In this document: positions 27,554 to 37,366 of the stretch, in pieces
Numbering within the stretch: position 1 is the first letter of the stretch
Layout of the letters: the number at the start of each line of letters is the position of its first letter
Assembly: GCA_963622135.1 (NCBI GenBank)
Contig: CAVFGR010000018.1
Location: 5,185-69,184, forward strand
DNA length: 64,000 nt
Direction of reading: 5' to 3'
DNA from: a bacterium
Lineage (GTDB): Bacteria > Bacillota_I > Bacilli_A > RFN20 > CAG-826
Program-made: the position numbers and the translations under genes
Notes under the pieces: model-generated
Database searches by the model: none
Told to the model about the DNA's origin: nothing
The model's input: only the letters and a program-made list of their open reading frames with translations

Positions 27554-29106
27554 TATTTCAACCTCTCTCCGCCTTCCTCAAAGACGTAAAAACGTTTGGT
27601 TGCGAATTTAACGGTAGCCGCAGAACCGATGGCTTCACGTTCATCGCTTGGGATGATAACGCGCAATTTAGCATCAGGATTGCCGGAAACGTTGCCGACG
27701 ACCGAGATGTCACGACCGATGGTCTGAATCATGTCGATATCGACTGGAACCACATTCTTGGTGCCTTTCTTTGGGGCAGCGGTGAAGTGTTCAGGTCTGA
27801 TACCGATATAAACCTTACGGTCTTGATGGACTTCGATATGAGTTGGATAAGAGAGCTTAGCGACTTCTGGGTTTTCTTCCCTATCGGCCGGGATGATTTC
27901 CTTGCCTTTGCTGTCGTATTGCTTTTCCGGTTCTTCGTAGACAACCTGGTTGTAATCGTTTTGATAAACTGGGTCGTCATCGAATAATTCGCCGTTCAAA
28001 TAAAGCTGGCCGCCCTTGATTTCGCCTTCAACGATGTTGATGGCTGGGCTGCCTAAGAACTTGGCGACGAACATATTGGTTGGTTCGTTATAAACGTACT
28101 GTGGTTCACCGATTTGTTGGATGATGCCAGCCTTCATGACAACGATGGTGTCAGAGATGGACATGGCTTCTTCCTGGTCATGAGTGACGAAGACAGTGGT
28201 GATGCCAGTGGAACGCTGAATACGTTTGATCTCTTCACGAGTCTGCAAACGCAAACGAGCATCCAAGTTGGACAATGGCTCGTCCAAGAGCAAGACGGAT
28301 GGTTTCTTGACAAGAGCACGAGCGATAGCGACACGCTGCTGCTGACCACCGGATAATTCCTTTGGCTTACGAGCGAGATATGGTTCGATATCGACGACTC
28401 TGGCATTTTCATGAATAAGGGCGTCCTTATCGGCTTTGGATAAGCGTTTCTTATTCTTGATTTTGGCGGCCGCAGGATCAGTGGCCTTTAATTCTTCGAA
28501 AGCGGCCTTGGCGGCATCGAGGGCGGCCTTGGCTTCTTCAACGCGGGCTTCTTTGTCGGCGCGAAGGACGTCGGCATGATCAATCAATTCTTGATTTGAG
28601 GCCATTTCTTCCTCAAGGGCACGAACGGATTTGCCTTGGGCGTTGTTGCGTTCAATCATCGCCGGCAAATTCGGCTGACGGGCCAACGCTTTCTTCAAGC
28701 TTTGCTCGAAAGACTTCAAATCAGCTTCGGCGGATTTCAATTCATCGCTTTCGTTTCCATAAGCACCCGGCAAACGAACGTTGTCGAGTGGGAATGAGAT
28801 GTTCTGATAAACGGTGAAGTGTGGGTATAAGGCGTAGTTTTGGAAAACTAAGCCAATGCCACGGTTCTCTGGCGGAACATTTGTGACTTCTTCACTACCA
28901 AAGTAAATATGACCACCGCTTTGCTTGTGCAAGCCGGCGATCATATAAAGAGTGGTGGATTTGCCACAGCCAGAAGGACCTAAAAGACCGACGAGTTTAC
29001 CGTCGGGGATGGTCAAATCAAATTTGTCGACAGCAGTAACCCTGGAACCCTTCTTTCCAGTGCGGCTATCGAACACCTTTGTAAGACCTTCGATTCTTAC
29101 TTCCAT
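27553..29106 (-). CDS. ABC transporter ATP-binding protein (MalK/UgpC-like) with ~110-aa coiled-coil insertion in the helical subdomain
   Basis: Walker A GPSGCGKST, a Q-loop at about residue 89, and the signature LSGGQQQRV only at about residue 251. The interval contains a low-complexity Ala/Glu/Lys-rich helix (EARVEEAKAALDAAKAAFEELKAT). Walker B LLLDEP, H-loop VTHDQ, and a C-terminal TOBE-like domain. Confidence 0.9.
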   Translation of the reverse strand: MEVRIEGLTKVFDSRTGKKGSRVTAVDKFDLTIPDGKLVGLLGPSGCGKSTTLYMIAGLHKQSGGHIYFGSEEVTNVPPENRGIGLVFQNYALYPHFTVYQNISFPLDNVRLPGAYGNESDELKSAEADLKSFEQSLKKALARQPNLPAMIERNNAQGKSVRALEEEMASNQELIDHADVLRADKEARVEEAKAALDAAKAAFEELKATDPAAAKIKNKKRLSKADKDALIHENARVVDIEPYLARKPKELSGGQQQRVAIARALVKKPSVLLLDEPLSNLDARLRLQTREEIKRIQRSTGITTVFVTHDQEEAMSISDTIVVMKAGIIQQIGEPQYVYNEPTNMFVAKFLGSPAINIVEGEIKGGQLYLNGELFDDDPVYQNDYNQVVYEEPEKQYDSKGKEIIPADREENPEVAKLSYPTHIEVHQDRKVYIGIRPEHFTAAPKKGTKNVVPVDIDMIQTIGRDISVVGNVSGNPDAKLRVIIPSDEREAIGSAATVKFATKRFYVFEEGGERLK

Positions 29107-29282
29107 GTTTTTCCTCCCGTGCTTTTCAGCACAGTCCTTTATATGCGTCTATAAGTGTAGCAAAAATAGGGGGTCTCAAACAAGACAAGAAAGCATATCT
29201 TTACGAAGTAATAGGAGAACGATGGTTTATAAAAAGAAAAGGCCCTAAATGTAATTTAAGGCCAAAACTTGTAGGAGGTCGG

Positions 29283-30398
29283 TTATTTGATTTGTTTCCA
29301 CTTTTCTCTTTCTTCGTCTTCGAGGGCTTTTCTGCCTTGCTCAATTTCTTTCTCGGCATGCTCCATTCTTTGCTGATAGAACTTCTCTCCAGCCTCTTGA
29401 GCGGCCGCGTCATCATAGAAAACGGAATCCCTTTCGTTGATAACCATCGTCCCCGCGATCATGTCATGGATGGCTTGCTTGTTTGGGGTAAAGATAGAAC
29501 AGATATACGAAACGAAGAACACCAAAGAAATGATGGAAACGCTCCAGACGAGAGGCAAGAACAAGACCAAGATAACGGTCATCAGAATCATTGGCAAGGA
29601 CCTTAAAACAAGTTGAACTCTCTTAATGCGGAAGCCAAGTTTGTTGACCAAACAGAGATGGAATATTTTCTTGGCCATCGTTTCGCCGTTTTTGAAACAA
29701 AGAGGGACGATCAGATAAACGATGAGAAGGGCCACCGGAATGGCTATCGATAGTGGGTAAACCAAATTGTAGGCCGCGGCTTTGTTATAGGTAGTCTCAT
29801 AAAAATCCTGATGGAAGAGATTTTGCATCGCGTTGTAATAGACTGATCTTTGTTCCGACGAGCAATAGAAACGAAGGAGCTTTTTACTCGCCTCGTCAGT
29901 CAATTTGCCATCTTGATATAAATCGGAGGCAGGCACGCCGATGAGATCGAGGTTTTTGCTTCCTTCTACCACTTGGTATTGCCATAAAACGCAGTCTTTC
30001 GAAGGCTCTTGAATAGCAGATAGCTGTTCTTCGCTATAAAGGCCTTTTTCGTCATTCAAGCCCAAAACAAAAACATTGTACCAATAATTGTCATAAGTGG
30101 CGTTTTCATTAACACTTGGTAGGTATACCAAGTAATAATTGGTCATTATATCTTCGTAACGCTCATAATTGACGAAATCATCATAAGTTGCCAAGTCGCC
30201 GTTTTCGTCATCGTAATAAAGACCTGAATTGACTTGGTAATCATGTAGGGAGGTCGTTAATTGCTTGCCAACCTTGCTTCCCATGAAAATCGTTTGGGCG
30301 ATAGCGAAAACGCCTAATCCAAGGAAACAGGCAATAAGAAAATCGATGAAGCCCGCTAATGTTCTCCAACCTATATGAGCCTTAACCAATTTGTGCAT
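29283..30398 (-). CDS. RDD-family membrane protein paralogue (large extracytoplasmic loop)
   Basis: 371 aa. N-terminal RDD element WRTLAGFIDFLI within TM1, then a roughly 200-aa Tyr/Asp/Asn-rich loop. Next comes a P..NG.T.GKK motif (PLCFKNGETMAKKIF), several TMs and a C-terminal HDMIAGTMVI motif. Confidence 0.55.
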   Translation of the reverse strand: MHKLVKAHIGWRTLAGFIDFLIACFLGLGVFAIAQTIFMGSKVGKQLTTSLHDYQVNSGLYYDDENGDLATYDDFVNYERYEDIMTNYYLVYLPSVNENATYDNYWYNVFVLGLNDEKGLYSEEQLSAIQEPSKDCVLWQYQVVEGSKNLDLIGVPASDLYQDGKLTDEASKKLLRFYCSSEQRSVYYNAMQNLFHQDFYETTYNKAAAYNLVYPLSIAIPVALLIVYLIVPLCFKNGETMAKKIFHLCLVNKLGFRIKRVQLVLRSLPMILMTVILVLFLPLVWSVSIISLVFFVSYICSIFTPNKQAIHDMIAGTMVINERDSVFYDDAAAQEAGEKFYQQRMEHAEKEIEQGRKALEDEEREKWKQIK

Positions 30399-31434
30399 TG
30401 CTCTTCTCCTCGGTAGGCTTTTTGATACGTTTGACCATCAAATCATCTTCACGAATGACGACGGTTCCAGCGATATAATCACCTAAGCAGCGACGCTTTT
30501 TGGTGAAAATAACCAAAGCGAAGCTGACCAAGGCAACCAAGATGATGGTCGTCAGACTCACAATCAAATCATTTAAGATGATGGCAATTAAGGAAACGAC
30601 GATGAACGGGATGGTGCGTAAAGCGGTTCTCCATTTTTCGACAGCTACGCCAGTCTTTGATTCAGCCACCGCTATTTTCATGAATTTCTTCCCCAAGGTT
30701 TGTCCAGGAACGGAACAAGTCGGGATTATGAAGTAGAAAATCAAGAAAGGCACATAAGCGGCGATGGATTCGACGATGATATAACCCTTATTCAAAGTGG
30801 CTTGGGCCTCTTTGTAATAAGGTCTGCTCATAAGTCTATCCTGAGCGTCGCTATAAGCGCTTCGGTAGAACGAAAGAAGCCCATCTTGCGCATCTTTTGT
30901 CAGTTCATGCGTTTCGGAATCGTAAAGAGAATCCTTAAGTATGGCGCGTTCGTTCATCAAAGAATGGCCTTCACCATCCTTTTGGTATTCATAATATTCA
31001 GAATGGTTGATATATTCGTCGGAATCTGGCAAACCGAGTATTTTCTTGTTGAAGTCCTCGATAGTAAAATTAAGCGGTTCTGGGTTATTTTTGTTAGAAC
31101 CTGACTCATAATCCAAATAATAGAAAACCACCGCATCTTCATAAGCGTTATAGGTCTCAGAAGTAATATCGATCCAAGCGTCATTCTCGTTACGATAAAC
31201 AAGCCCGGAATTCACCTGGTATTCAGTCAAATTCGTTTGGGCTTCTCTTGAACCGAGTACATCGATCAAGGTCGTAAAATGATTGGTGGTAAGCAAAAAG
31301 AATATCAAAGCCAAGCTTCCGATAAAGAATGCTAAGTCAACCGCCCAAGCGGCAATCCTCAAAATGAAAGGAGAAAGCCTATAGCCTTCCGCGGTGATGA
31401 CTTCGCTTTTCTTAACGTAAGACATTCTCGACAT
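30382..31434 (-). CDS. RDD-family membrane protein paralogue
   Basis: 350 aa with the same architecture (LRIAAWAVDLAFF; PTCSVPGQTLGKKFM; LGDYIAGTVVI). It overlaps the downstream paralogue by 17 nt. Confidence 0.55.
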   Translation of the reverse strand: MSRMSYVKKSEVITAEGYRLSPFILRIAAWAVDLAFFIGSLALIFFLLTTNHFTTLIDVLGSREAQTNLTEYQVNSGLVYRNENDAWIDITSETYNAYEDAVVFYYLDYESGSNKNNPEPLNFTIEDFNKKILGLPDSDEYINHSEYYEYQKDGEGHSLMNERAILKDSLYDSETHELTKDAQDGLLSFYRSAYSDAQDRLMSRPYYKEAQATLNKGYIIVESIAAYVPFLIFYFIIPTCSVPGQTLGKKFMKIAVAESKTGVAVEKWRTALRTIPFIVVSLIAIILNDLIVSLTTIILVALVSFALVIFTKKRRCLGDYIAGTVVIREDDLMVKRIKKPTEEKSNAQIG

Positions 31435-31436
31435 CT

Positions 31437-32702
31437 TCAGTCCTCGTTATCTCCGTTTTCTTGATCGGTATCCCTATGTTCCAAAATATCTAAATCGATG
31501 ATCGATTTTTCTTTTAAAATGGCCTCGGAATCGGAAACCTTGATAGTCTCATTGTTCACGGTCGTAATGACATTATGATCGTTCTCGAATTGTTCGGCTT
31601 CCGCTTCATTTTTGAACAAAGTGGATTTCTTTTTCTCATATAAAATCGTGGCACACATCCTATCTTCCAAAGATCTATAAGCGCCGGTTTTATCCCTCAA
31701 AGCGAAAGCAAAATCAACAAAGAGCAAGACAACCGCTCCCATAAAGGCGAACATACGGTAATTGCTCGGAACAAAGACAAATGGGCATAAGCAAATGACT
31801 TGAATCCATGGATGCCCGAATCTCTGCCAGAAATTGATTCTCATGCCTTTATAGCTGGCATAGCCCGTACGCGTAATCAAATTGCCCAAAGTCTCGCCAT
31901 TTGGGGTGCAAAGAGGAATCAATAAGAAGAATGCGGCCAATGGGATAGAGAATGGCACGGCGTTGATAATCCAATAAACGTGGGTATAGTCCTCATTCAA
32001 GGCTTTGATGTAACTTTGGCTAGATAAGAGCTTAGCCGCGTCATAAAAGATGCCGGAAGCCTCTTTGGATGAAGTCGTGTTGATGAATAATTTGTAATAG
32101 GTGGTCAATATTTCTTTATCTTCCGCGTTGACTAATGTTTGATAGGCTTTCGCGACCACTGGCTTGGCGGTTTGGTCGATGGCGGTTCCCGCCACGTTTA
32201 AGTCATATTGCCAATAGCCGTCTGCCGAGGTATAAGTGCTTGGATCTTCGATATTAACGGAGGACAAATCTTTCGGAAGCCCGATAATTTCGGTGTTGAA
32301 ATATAAGGCCCCATAATAATCTTTCGCCGCCTTATCATCCACCGCATCGATATGTTCGTTGCTAGTAAGGAAGGTGGAATAGAAATTATAAGTCGCATCC
32401 AAATAATATACATATCCAGGCTTTTCCTGATCAGAAGAAGGCTGAACGGTGTAATTTAGTTCATTATAGTCGGTGCTCCAATTACCATCCGCGTCTTTCT
32501 CGACTTCAATGAGATAGGAAGTCCCATAAAAATCCATGGCTTGCTGCCACATTTCGCTCCCTCCGAGCGAGGTGAATAAGCCCTTATTTCCCCAAAAGAA
32601 ATAAAGGAGGAAGCCAACGACGGCAGCCAAGACAAAATCAATCACAAAGGCCAAGAAGCGTTTGGTAGGAGAAGCGATGGTTAGATTCTTTGGTAAATTC
32701 AT
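31437..32702 (-). CDS. RDD-family membrane protein paralogue
   Basis: 421 aa with the same architecture (KRFLAFVIDFVLA; PLCTPNGETLGNLI). It has an acidic C-terminal tail. Confidence 0.55.
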   Translation of the reverse strand: MNLPKNLTIASPTKRFLAFVIDFVLAAVVGFLLYFFWGNKGLFTSLGGSEMWQQAMDFYGTSYLIEVEKDADGNWSTDYNELNYTVQPSSDQEKPGYVYYLDATYNFYSTFLTSNEHIDAVDDKAAKDYYGALYFNTEIIGLPKDLSSVNIEDPSTYTSADGYWQYDLNVAGTAIDQTAKPVVAKAYQTLVNAEDKEILTTYYKLFINTTSSKEASGIFYDAAKLLSSQSYIKALNEDYTHVYWIINAVPFSIPLAAFFLLIPLCTPNGETLGNLITRTGYASYKGMRINFWQRFGHPWIQVICLCPFVFVPSNYRMFAFMGAVVLLFVDFAFALRDKTGAYRSLEDRMCATILYEKKKSTLFKNEAEAEQFENDHNVITTVNNETIKVSDSEAILKEKSIIDLDILEHRDTDQENGDNED

Positions 32703-32757
32703 GTTCTTATCATAAGATAAGACTTAATTTTAAGCAACGATACACGCACAAGCGGGG

Positions 32758-32787
32758 ATAAAAAAAGAGCACGCATGTGCGTGCCCT
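32758..32787 (-). terminator. Rho-independent terminator of tuf
   Basis: On the minus strand: GGGCACGC-ACAT-GCGTGCTC followed by TTTTTTTAT, 14 nt after the tuf stop. Confidence 0.65.
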
Positions 32788-32800
32788 TTAATTATTCAAA

Positions 32801-34018
32801 TTAATGAATGATGTCGCTGACGGTGCCGGCGCCGACAGTACGGCCACCCTCACGGATGGAGAACTTGGTGCCTTGTTCGAGAGCGATCGGGTGGATAAGA
32901 TCGACGCTGAAGGTGACGTTGTCGCCTGGCATGACCATATCGGTTCCGGCTGGCAAGGTGATGTTGCCGGTGATATCGGTAGTGCGGAAGAAGAACTGTG
33001 GACGATAGCCGTTCAAGAAAGCGGTGTGACGGCCACCCTCTTCTTTGGTGAGGACGTAGACAGCAGCAGAGAACTTATCGTGTGGGACGATGGATCCTGG
33101 TTTGGCAAGGACCTGACCACGTTCGACCTGGTCGTGGGTGACACCACGGAGAAGGGCGCCGACGTTATCGCCACCAGTGGCGAAGTCTAAGGTCTTGCGG
33201 AACATTTCGAGACCAGTGATGACGGTCTTCTGGGTTGGCTTGATACCGACGATTTCGGCTTCGTCGCCAACGCGGGCAACACCACGCTCGACTCTACCAG
33301 TGACGACGGTGCCACGGCCAGAGATGGTGAGGACGTCTTCGATTGGGAGCAAGAATGGCTTGTCTTCGTCACGCTTTGGATCTGGGATGTAGGTATCCAT
33401 AGCTTCAAGGAGTTCCTTGATGGACTTGCAAGCATCGGAATTGTAGTCATTGGACATGCCAGCTTCACGGGCAGAGCCTTTGATGACTGGGAGTTCGTCG
33501 CCTGGGAAGCCATAGGAGCTTAAGAGGTCACGGACGTCCATTTCGACTAAGTCGACTAATTCTGGGTCATCGACGAGGTCGGTCTTGTTGAGGTAGACGA
33601 TGATGTAAGGAACGCCAACCTGACGGGCGAGCAAGACGTGTTCGCGGGTCTGTGGCATGACACCATCAGTAGCAGCGACGACTAAGATAGCGGCGTCCAT
33701 CTGAGCAGCACCAGTGATCATGTTCTTGATGTAGTCAGCGTGTCCCGGGCAGTCGACGTGAGCGTAGTGACGGGTCTTGGTTTCGTACTCTTCGTGAGCG
33801 GTATTGATTGTAATACCACGAGCTCTCTCTTCTGGGGAGCTGTCGATGTCGCCGTAAGCTTTGTCAACAGCGCTTCCTTCGGCGCCGCCAGTGGCTTTGC
33901 CGAGCATGGAGAGGTAGTGGGTGATCGCGGCAGTCAAAGTGGTTTTGCCGTGGTCGACGTGGCCGATGGTACCAACATTAAGATGGACACGGTCACGGTT
34001 GAATTTTTCTTTTGCCAT
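32801..34018 (-). CDS. tuf: Elongation factor Tu
   Basis: 405 aa with [18 protein letters not shown] and NKTD motifs; nearly identical to canonical EF-Tu. Confidence 0.98.
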   Translation of the reverse strand: MAKEKFNRDRVHLNVGTIGHVDHGKTTLTAAITHYLSMLGKATGGAEGSAVDKAYGDIDSSPEERARGITINTAHEEYETKTRHYAHVDCPGHADYIKNMITGAAQMDAAILVVAATDGVMPQTREHVLLARQVGVPYIIVYLNKTDLVDDPELVDLVEMDVRDLLSSYGFPGDELPVIKGSAREAGMSNDYNSDACKSIKELLEAMDTYIPDPKRDEDKPFLLPIEDVLTISGRGTVVTGRVERGVARVGDEAEIVGIKPTQKTVITGLEMFRKTLDFATGGDNVGALLRGVTHDQVERGQVLAKPGSIVPHDKFSAAVYVLTKEEGGRHTAFLNGYRPQFFFRTTDITGNITLPAGTDMVMPGDNVTFSVDLIHPIALEQGTKFSIREGGRTVGAGTVSDIIH

Positions 34019-34110
34019 GGGTGTTTTTTCCTCCGAAAAATGGTTTTTGACAATCCGTTAATTATGATATTTCAACGAATCGTTTTTTACAACACTTACT
34101 AATTTATTAA

Positions 34111-36207
34111 TTAGTGCTGAGAGTTCTTGACGATCTCGTCTTGGATAAAGCGTGGGCATTGTCCATAGTGGGAGAAAGTCATCATGAAGTTGCCACGTCC
34201 CTGAGTGAGAGAACGTAAGTCGGTGACATAACCGAACATCTCGGACAATGGGACTAAGCAGGAGACCTCTTTGGCGTTGTTGCCACGTTGGGTTTCGCCA
34301 TTGAGTTGGCCACGACGGCGAGAGATATCGCCGATGACGTCGCCATAGTACTGGTCTGGGATGGTGATGTCGACCTTCATGATCGGCTCAAGGATGACCG
34401 GACCGCACTTATCGCCGGCGGCCTTTAAGGCCATGGAAGCGGCGATCTTATACGCAGCTTCGGAAGAGTCGACATCGTGGTAAGAACCATCGAACAAGGT
34501 GGCCTTGACGTCGATTACTGGGAAGCCAGCGATGATGCCTCTGGTCAAGGCATCTTCCAAACCCTGCTGGGTTGGTTTAATGAATTCCTTAGGAACGGAA
34601 CCACCGACGATGGCATCGACGAATTCGAAGCCTTTTCCTGGGTTCGGTTCGAAACGAATCCAAACATCACCGTACTGACCGTGACCACCGGACTGTTTGA
34701 CATAACGGCCCTGGGCTTCGCCAGTTTTGGTGATTGTTTCACGATAGTTGACCTGCGGGGCGCCAACGTTGACTTGAACGTTGAATTCGCGGCGCATACG
34801 TTCGACCAAGATTTCGAGTTGCAACTCACCGACGCCAGCGATGATGGTCTGGCCGGTTTCTTGGTTGGTGTGAACGCGGAAGGTCGGGTCTTCTTCGGCC
34901 AATTTAGCCAAAGCGACGTTCATCTTCTCGATATCGGCCTTGGTCTTCGGCTCAACCGCTTCTTCGAGAACCGGTTCAGGGAATTCTAAGGATTCGAGGA
35001 CGACTTTGTGATCTGGATCGCAGAGGGTGTCGCCAGTGGTGGTGGTCTTCAAGCCAACGACCGCGCCGATTTCTCCGGCTTTGAGTTCGGAGACTTCCTG
35101 ACGGTGATTGGAATGCATGAGAACCAAACGAGCGATACGTTCCTGGTTTCCATTGGAGCTATTTAAGACATAGGAGCCGCTCTTTAAGACGCCTTGGTAG
35201 ACACGGACGTAAGCCAAACGGCCAACGAATGGGTCAGTGGCGATCTTGAAGGCTAAGCCAACGAATGGAGCTTTGTCGGTGACTTCGCAAGTGAAGTCTT
35301 CGCCTTTGGCATCGACGCCCTTTTCGCCTGGGATATCAAGCGGGGATGGGAGATAGTCGATGACGGCATCCAATAAGAGCTGGACGCCTTTGTTCTTGAA
35401 GGCGGTGCCGCAGAGGACCGGGAAGAATTTTCCGGAGATGGTGGCTTTGCGGATGACGGCCTTGATTTCTTCGACAGTTGGCTCTTCGCCATCTAAGACC
35501 TTCATCATGAAGTCATCATCGTAAGCGGCTAATTTCTCAATTAATTCGTTACGATAGTAGGTGGCCTTTTCCATCAATTCTTCTGGAATTGGCTTGATGA
35601 CTGGTGGGATGTCCTTGTCTTTGAGATCGTAGTACCAGGCTTCCATCTTGACCAAGTCGATTTCGCCGGTGAACATGCTTTCTCTGCCGATAGGATATTG
35701 GATGGCACCATAATCGACGCCGAGTCTTTCTTTGAGGGTGCCTAAGCACATCTCGAAGTCCGCGCCGATAGCGTCCATTTTGTTGCAGAAGACGATTCTT
35801 GGGACGTTGTATTTATCGGCTTGGCGCCAAACGGTTTCGGTCTGAGGCTCAACGCCGTTTTTGGAGTCGAGGACGGTGACCGCGCCGTCTAAGACACGGA
35901 GAGAACGTTCAACTTCGACGGTGAAGTCGACGTGTCCCGGGGTGTCGATGATGTTGATTCGATGGCCTTTCCAGAAGCAAGTGGTCGCGGACGAAGTGAT
36001 GGTGATGCCGCGTTCTTGTTCTTCTTCCATCCAGTCCATGGTGGCTGCACCTTCATGGACTTCGCCGATCTTATGAGAACGGCCAGTGTAATAAAGGATA
36101 CGTTCGGAAGTGGTGGTCTTACCGGCATCGATGTGAGCCATGATACCGATGTTGCGGGTGTGAGGTAAGTCAAACTTATCTACGCCTTGGAGTATATCTT
36201 CAGCCAT
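34111..36207 (-). CDS. fusA: Elongation factor G
   Basis: 698 aa with [18 protein letters not shown] and NKMD motifs, in the str operon position. Confidence 0.98.
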   Translation of the reverse strand: MAEDILQGVDKFDLPHTRNIGIMAHIDAGKTTTSERILYYTGRSHKIGEVHEGAATMDWMEEEQERGITITSSATTCFWKGHRINIIDTPGHVDFTVEVERSLRVLDGAVTVLDSKNGVEPQTETVWRQADKYNVPRIVFCNKMDAIGADFEMCLGTLKERLGVDYGAIQYPIGRESMFTGEIDLVKMEAWYYDLKDKDIPPVIKPIPEELMEKATYYRNELIEKLAAYDDDFMMKVLDGEEPTVEEIKAVIRKATISGKFFPVLCGTAFKNKGVQLLLDAVIDYLPSPLDIPGEKGVDAKGEDFTCEVTDKAPFVGLAFKIATDPFVGRLAYVRVYQGVLKSGSYVLNSSNGNQERIARLVLMHSNHRQEVSELKAGEIGAVVGLKTTTTGDTLCDPDHKVVLESLEFPEPVLEEAVEPKTKADIEKMNVALAKLAEEDPTFRVHTNQETGQTIIAGVGELQLEILVERMRREFNVQVNVGAPQVNYRETITKTGEAQGRYVKQSGGHGQYGDVWIRFEPNPGKGFEFVDAIVGGSVPKEFIKPTQQGLEDALTRGIIAGFPVIDVKATLFDGSYHDVDSSEAAYKIAASMALKAAGDKCGPVILEPIMKVDITIPDQYYGDVIGDISRRRGQLNGETQRGNNAKEVSCLVPLSEMFGYVTDLRSLTQGRGNFMMTFSHYGQCPRFIQDEIVKNSQH

Positions 36208-36226
36208 TGTGATTCTCCTTTATTAA

Positions 36227-36697
36227 TTACCAACGATAGTGGGCGTAAGCCTTGTTGGCTTCGGCCATCTTGAGGACGTCTTCTTTCTTCTTTACAGCTC
36301 CACCGGTTCCGTTGGCAGCGTCGATGATTTCACCGGCTAATTTGGCATCCATGGTCTTCTCGTTGCGGAGACGAGCATAGGTGACTAACCAACGAAGGCC
36401 CAAAGTTTGCTTACGGGCTGGGTTGACTTCGACTGGAACCTGATAGTTGGCGGCGCCGATACGGCGGACCTTCAATTCGACTTCTGGCATGATGTTGTTG
36501 ACAGCGGTCGCGAAGACATCCATGGCTGGTTTGCCGGTCTTCTCTTCAATGGTCTTGAAGGAAGTGTAGATGATCTTCTGGGCGGTTCCACGCTTGCCGT
36601 CGTACATGACGCGGTTGATCAAGCGGGTGACGAGCTTGGAATTGTAAATTGGATCTGGGAGAACGTCTCTATGTTCGATTTTGCCTTTGCGTGACAT
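36227..36697 (-). CDS. rpsG: 30S ribosomal protein S7
   Basis: 156 aa, with conserved S7 sequence throughout. Confidence 0.97.
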   Translation of the reverse strand: MSRKGKIEHRDVLPDPIYNSKLVTRLINRVMYDGKRGTAQKIIYTSFKTIEEKTGKPAMDVFATAVNNIMPEVELKVRRIGAANYQVPVEVNPARKQTLGLRWLVTYARLRNEKTMDAKLAGEIIDAANGTGGAVKKKEDVLKMAEANKAYAHYRW

Positions 36698-36711
36698 TTT
36701 CTCTTCCTCCC

Positions 36712-37131
36712 TTATTTGCTCTCATGTGGCTTCTTGGTGCCATAGAGAGAACGTCCTTGGCGACGGGCTTCGATACCCGCGCAGTCTAAGGTTCCGCGGA
36801 CGATGTGATAACGGACACCTGGTAAGTCCTTGACACGGCCACCGCGAATCATGACGGTGCTGTGTTCCTGAAGGTTGTGGCCTTCGCCGCCGATGTAGGC
36901 GGTGACTTCATATCCGTTGGACAAACGGACACGAGCGTATTTACGAAGAGCGGAGTTTGGCTTCTTCGGGGTCATGGTGCCAACACGGGTGCAAACGCCA
37001 CGTTTTTGGGCGGAAGCCTGGTTGGACTGTTTTTTCGTAAGGGAATTCCATCTCTTGCCTAAGGCAGGGGTTTTGGATTTCTTGGCCAATTTCTGACGGC
37101 CTTGTCTTACGAGTTGGTTGATCGTAGGCAT
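36712..37131 (-). CDS. rpsL: 30S ribosomal protein S12
   Basis: 139 aa, with conserved S12 ([10 protein letters not shown]). Confidence 0.97.
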   Translation of the reverse strand: MPTINQLVRQGRQKLAKKSKTPALGKRWNSLTKKQSNQASAQKRGVCTRVGTMTPKKPNSALRKYARVRLSNGYEVTAYIGGEGHNLQEHSTVMIRGGRVKDLPGVRYHIVRGTLDCAGIEARRQGRSLYGTKKPHESK

Positions 37132-37201
37132 TTTAAGATCTCCTTAATAATACTTTTCGCTTAGAAAGCGCCCCAAAAGGGGCCGGTTGCGAACGCTGGT
37201 A

Positions 37202-37230
37202 ATCTTACGTGCGTGAGAAGTTCTTGTCAA
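37202..37230 (-). promoter_or_regulatory. Candidate sigma-A promoter of the str operon
   Basis: On the minus strand: TTGACA-17 nt-TAAGAT about 95 nt upstream of rpsL, followed by an AAGGAG RBS. Confidence 0.4.
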
Positions 37231-37320
37231 CACTAGAATTTATCGAATTTTTTTATTAATTGACACACACGGTTATGTGGACTTCGAAAAGCCCACCTTT
37301 TTCTTTCTTTTTGAAACAAA

Positions 37321-37348
37321 TGAAAAAGGGGCGATTTTCACGCCCCTA
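37321..37348 (-). terminator. Rho-independent terminator after rpoC
   Basis: On the minus strand: AGGGGCG-TGAAAAT-CGCCCCT (7 bp perfect stem) followed by TTTTCATTTG. Confidence 0.6.
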
Positions 37349-37366
37349 AGTTATTATCGTCGCTAA

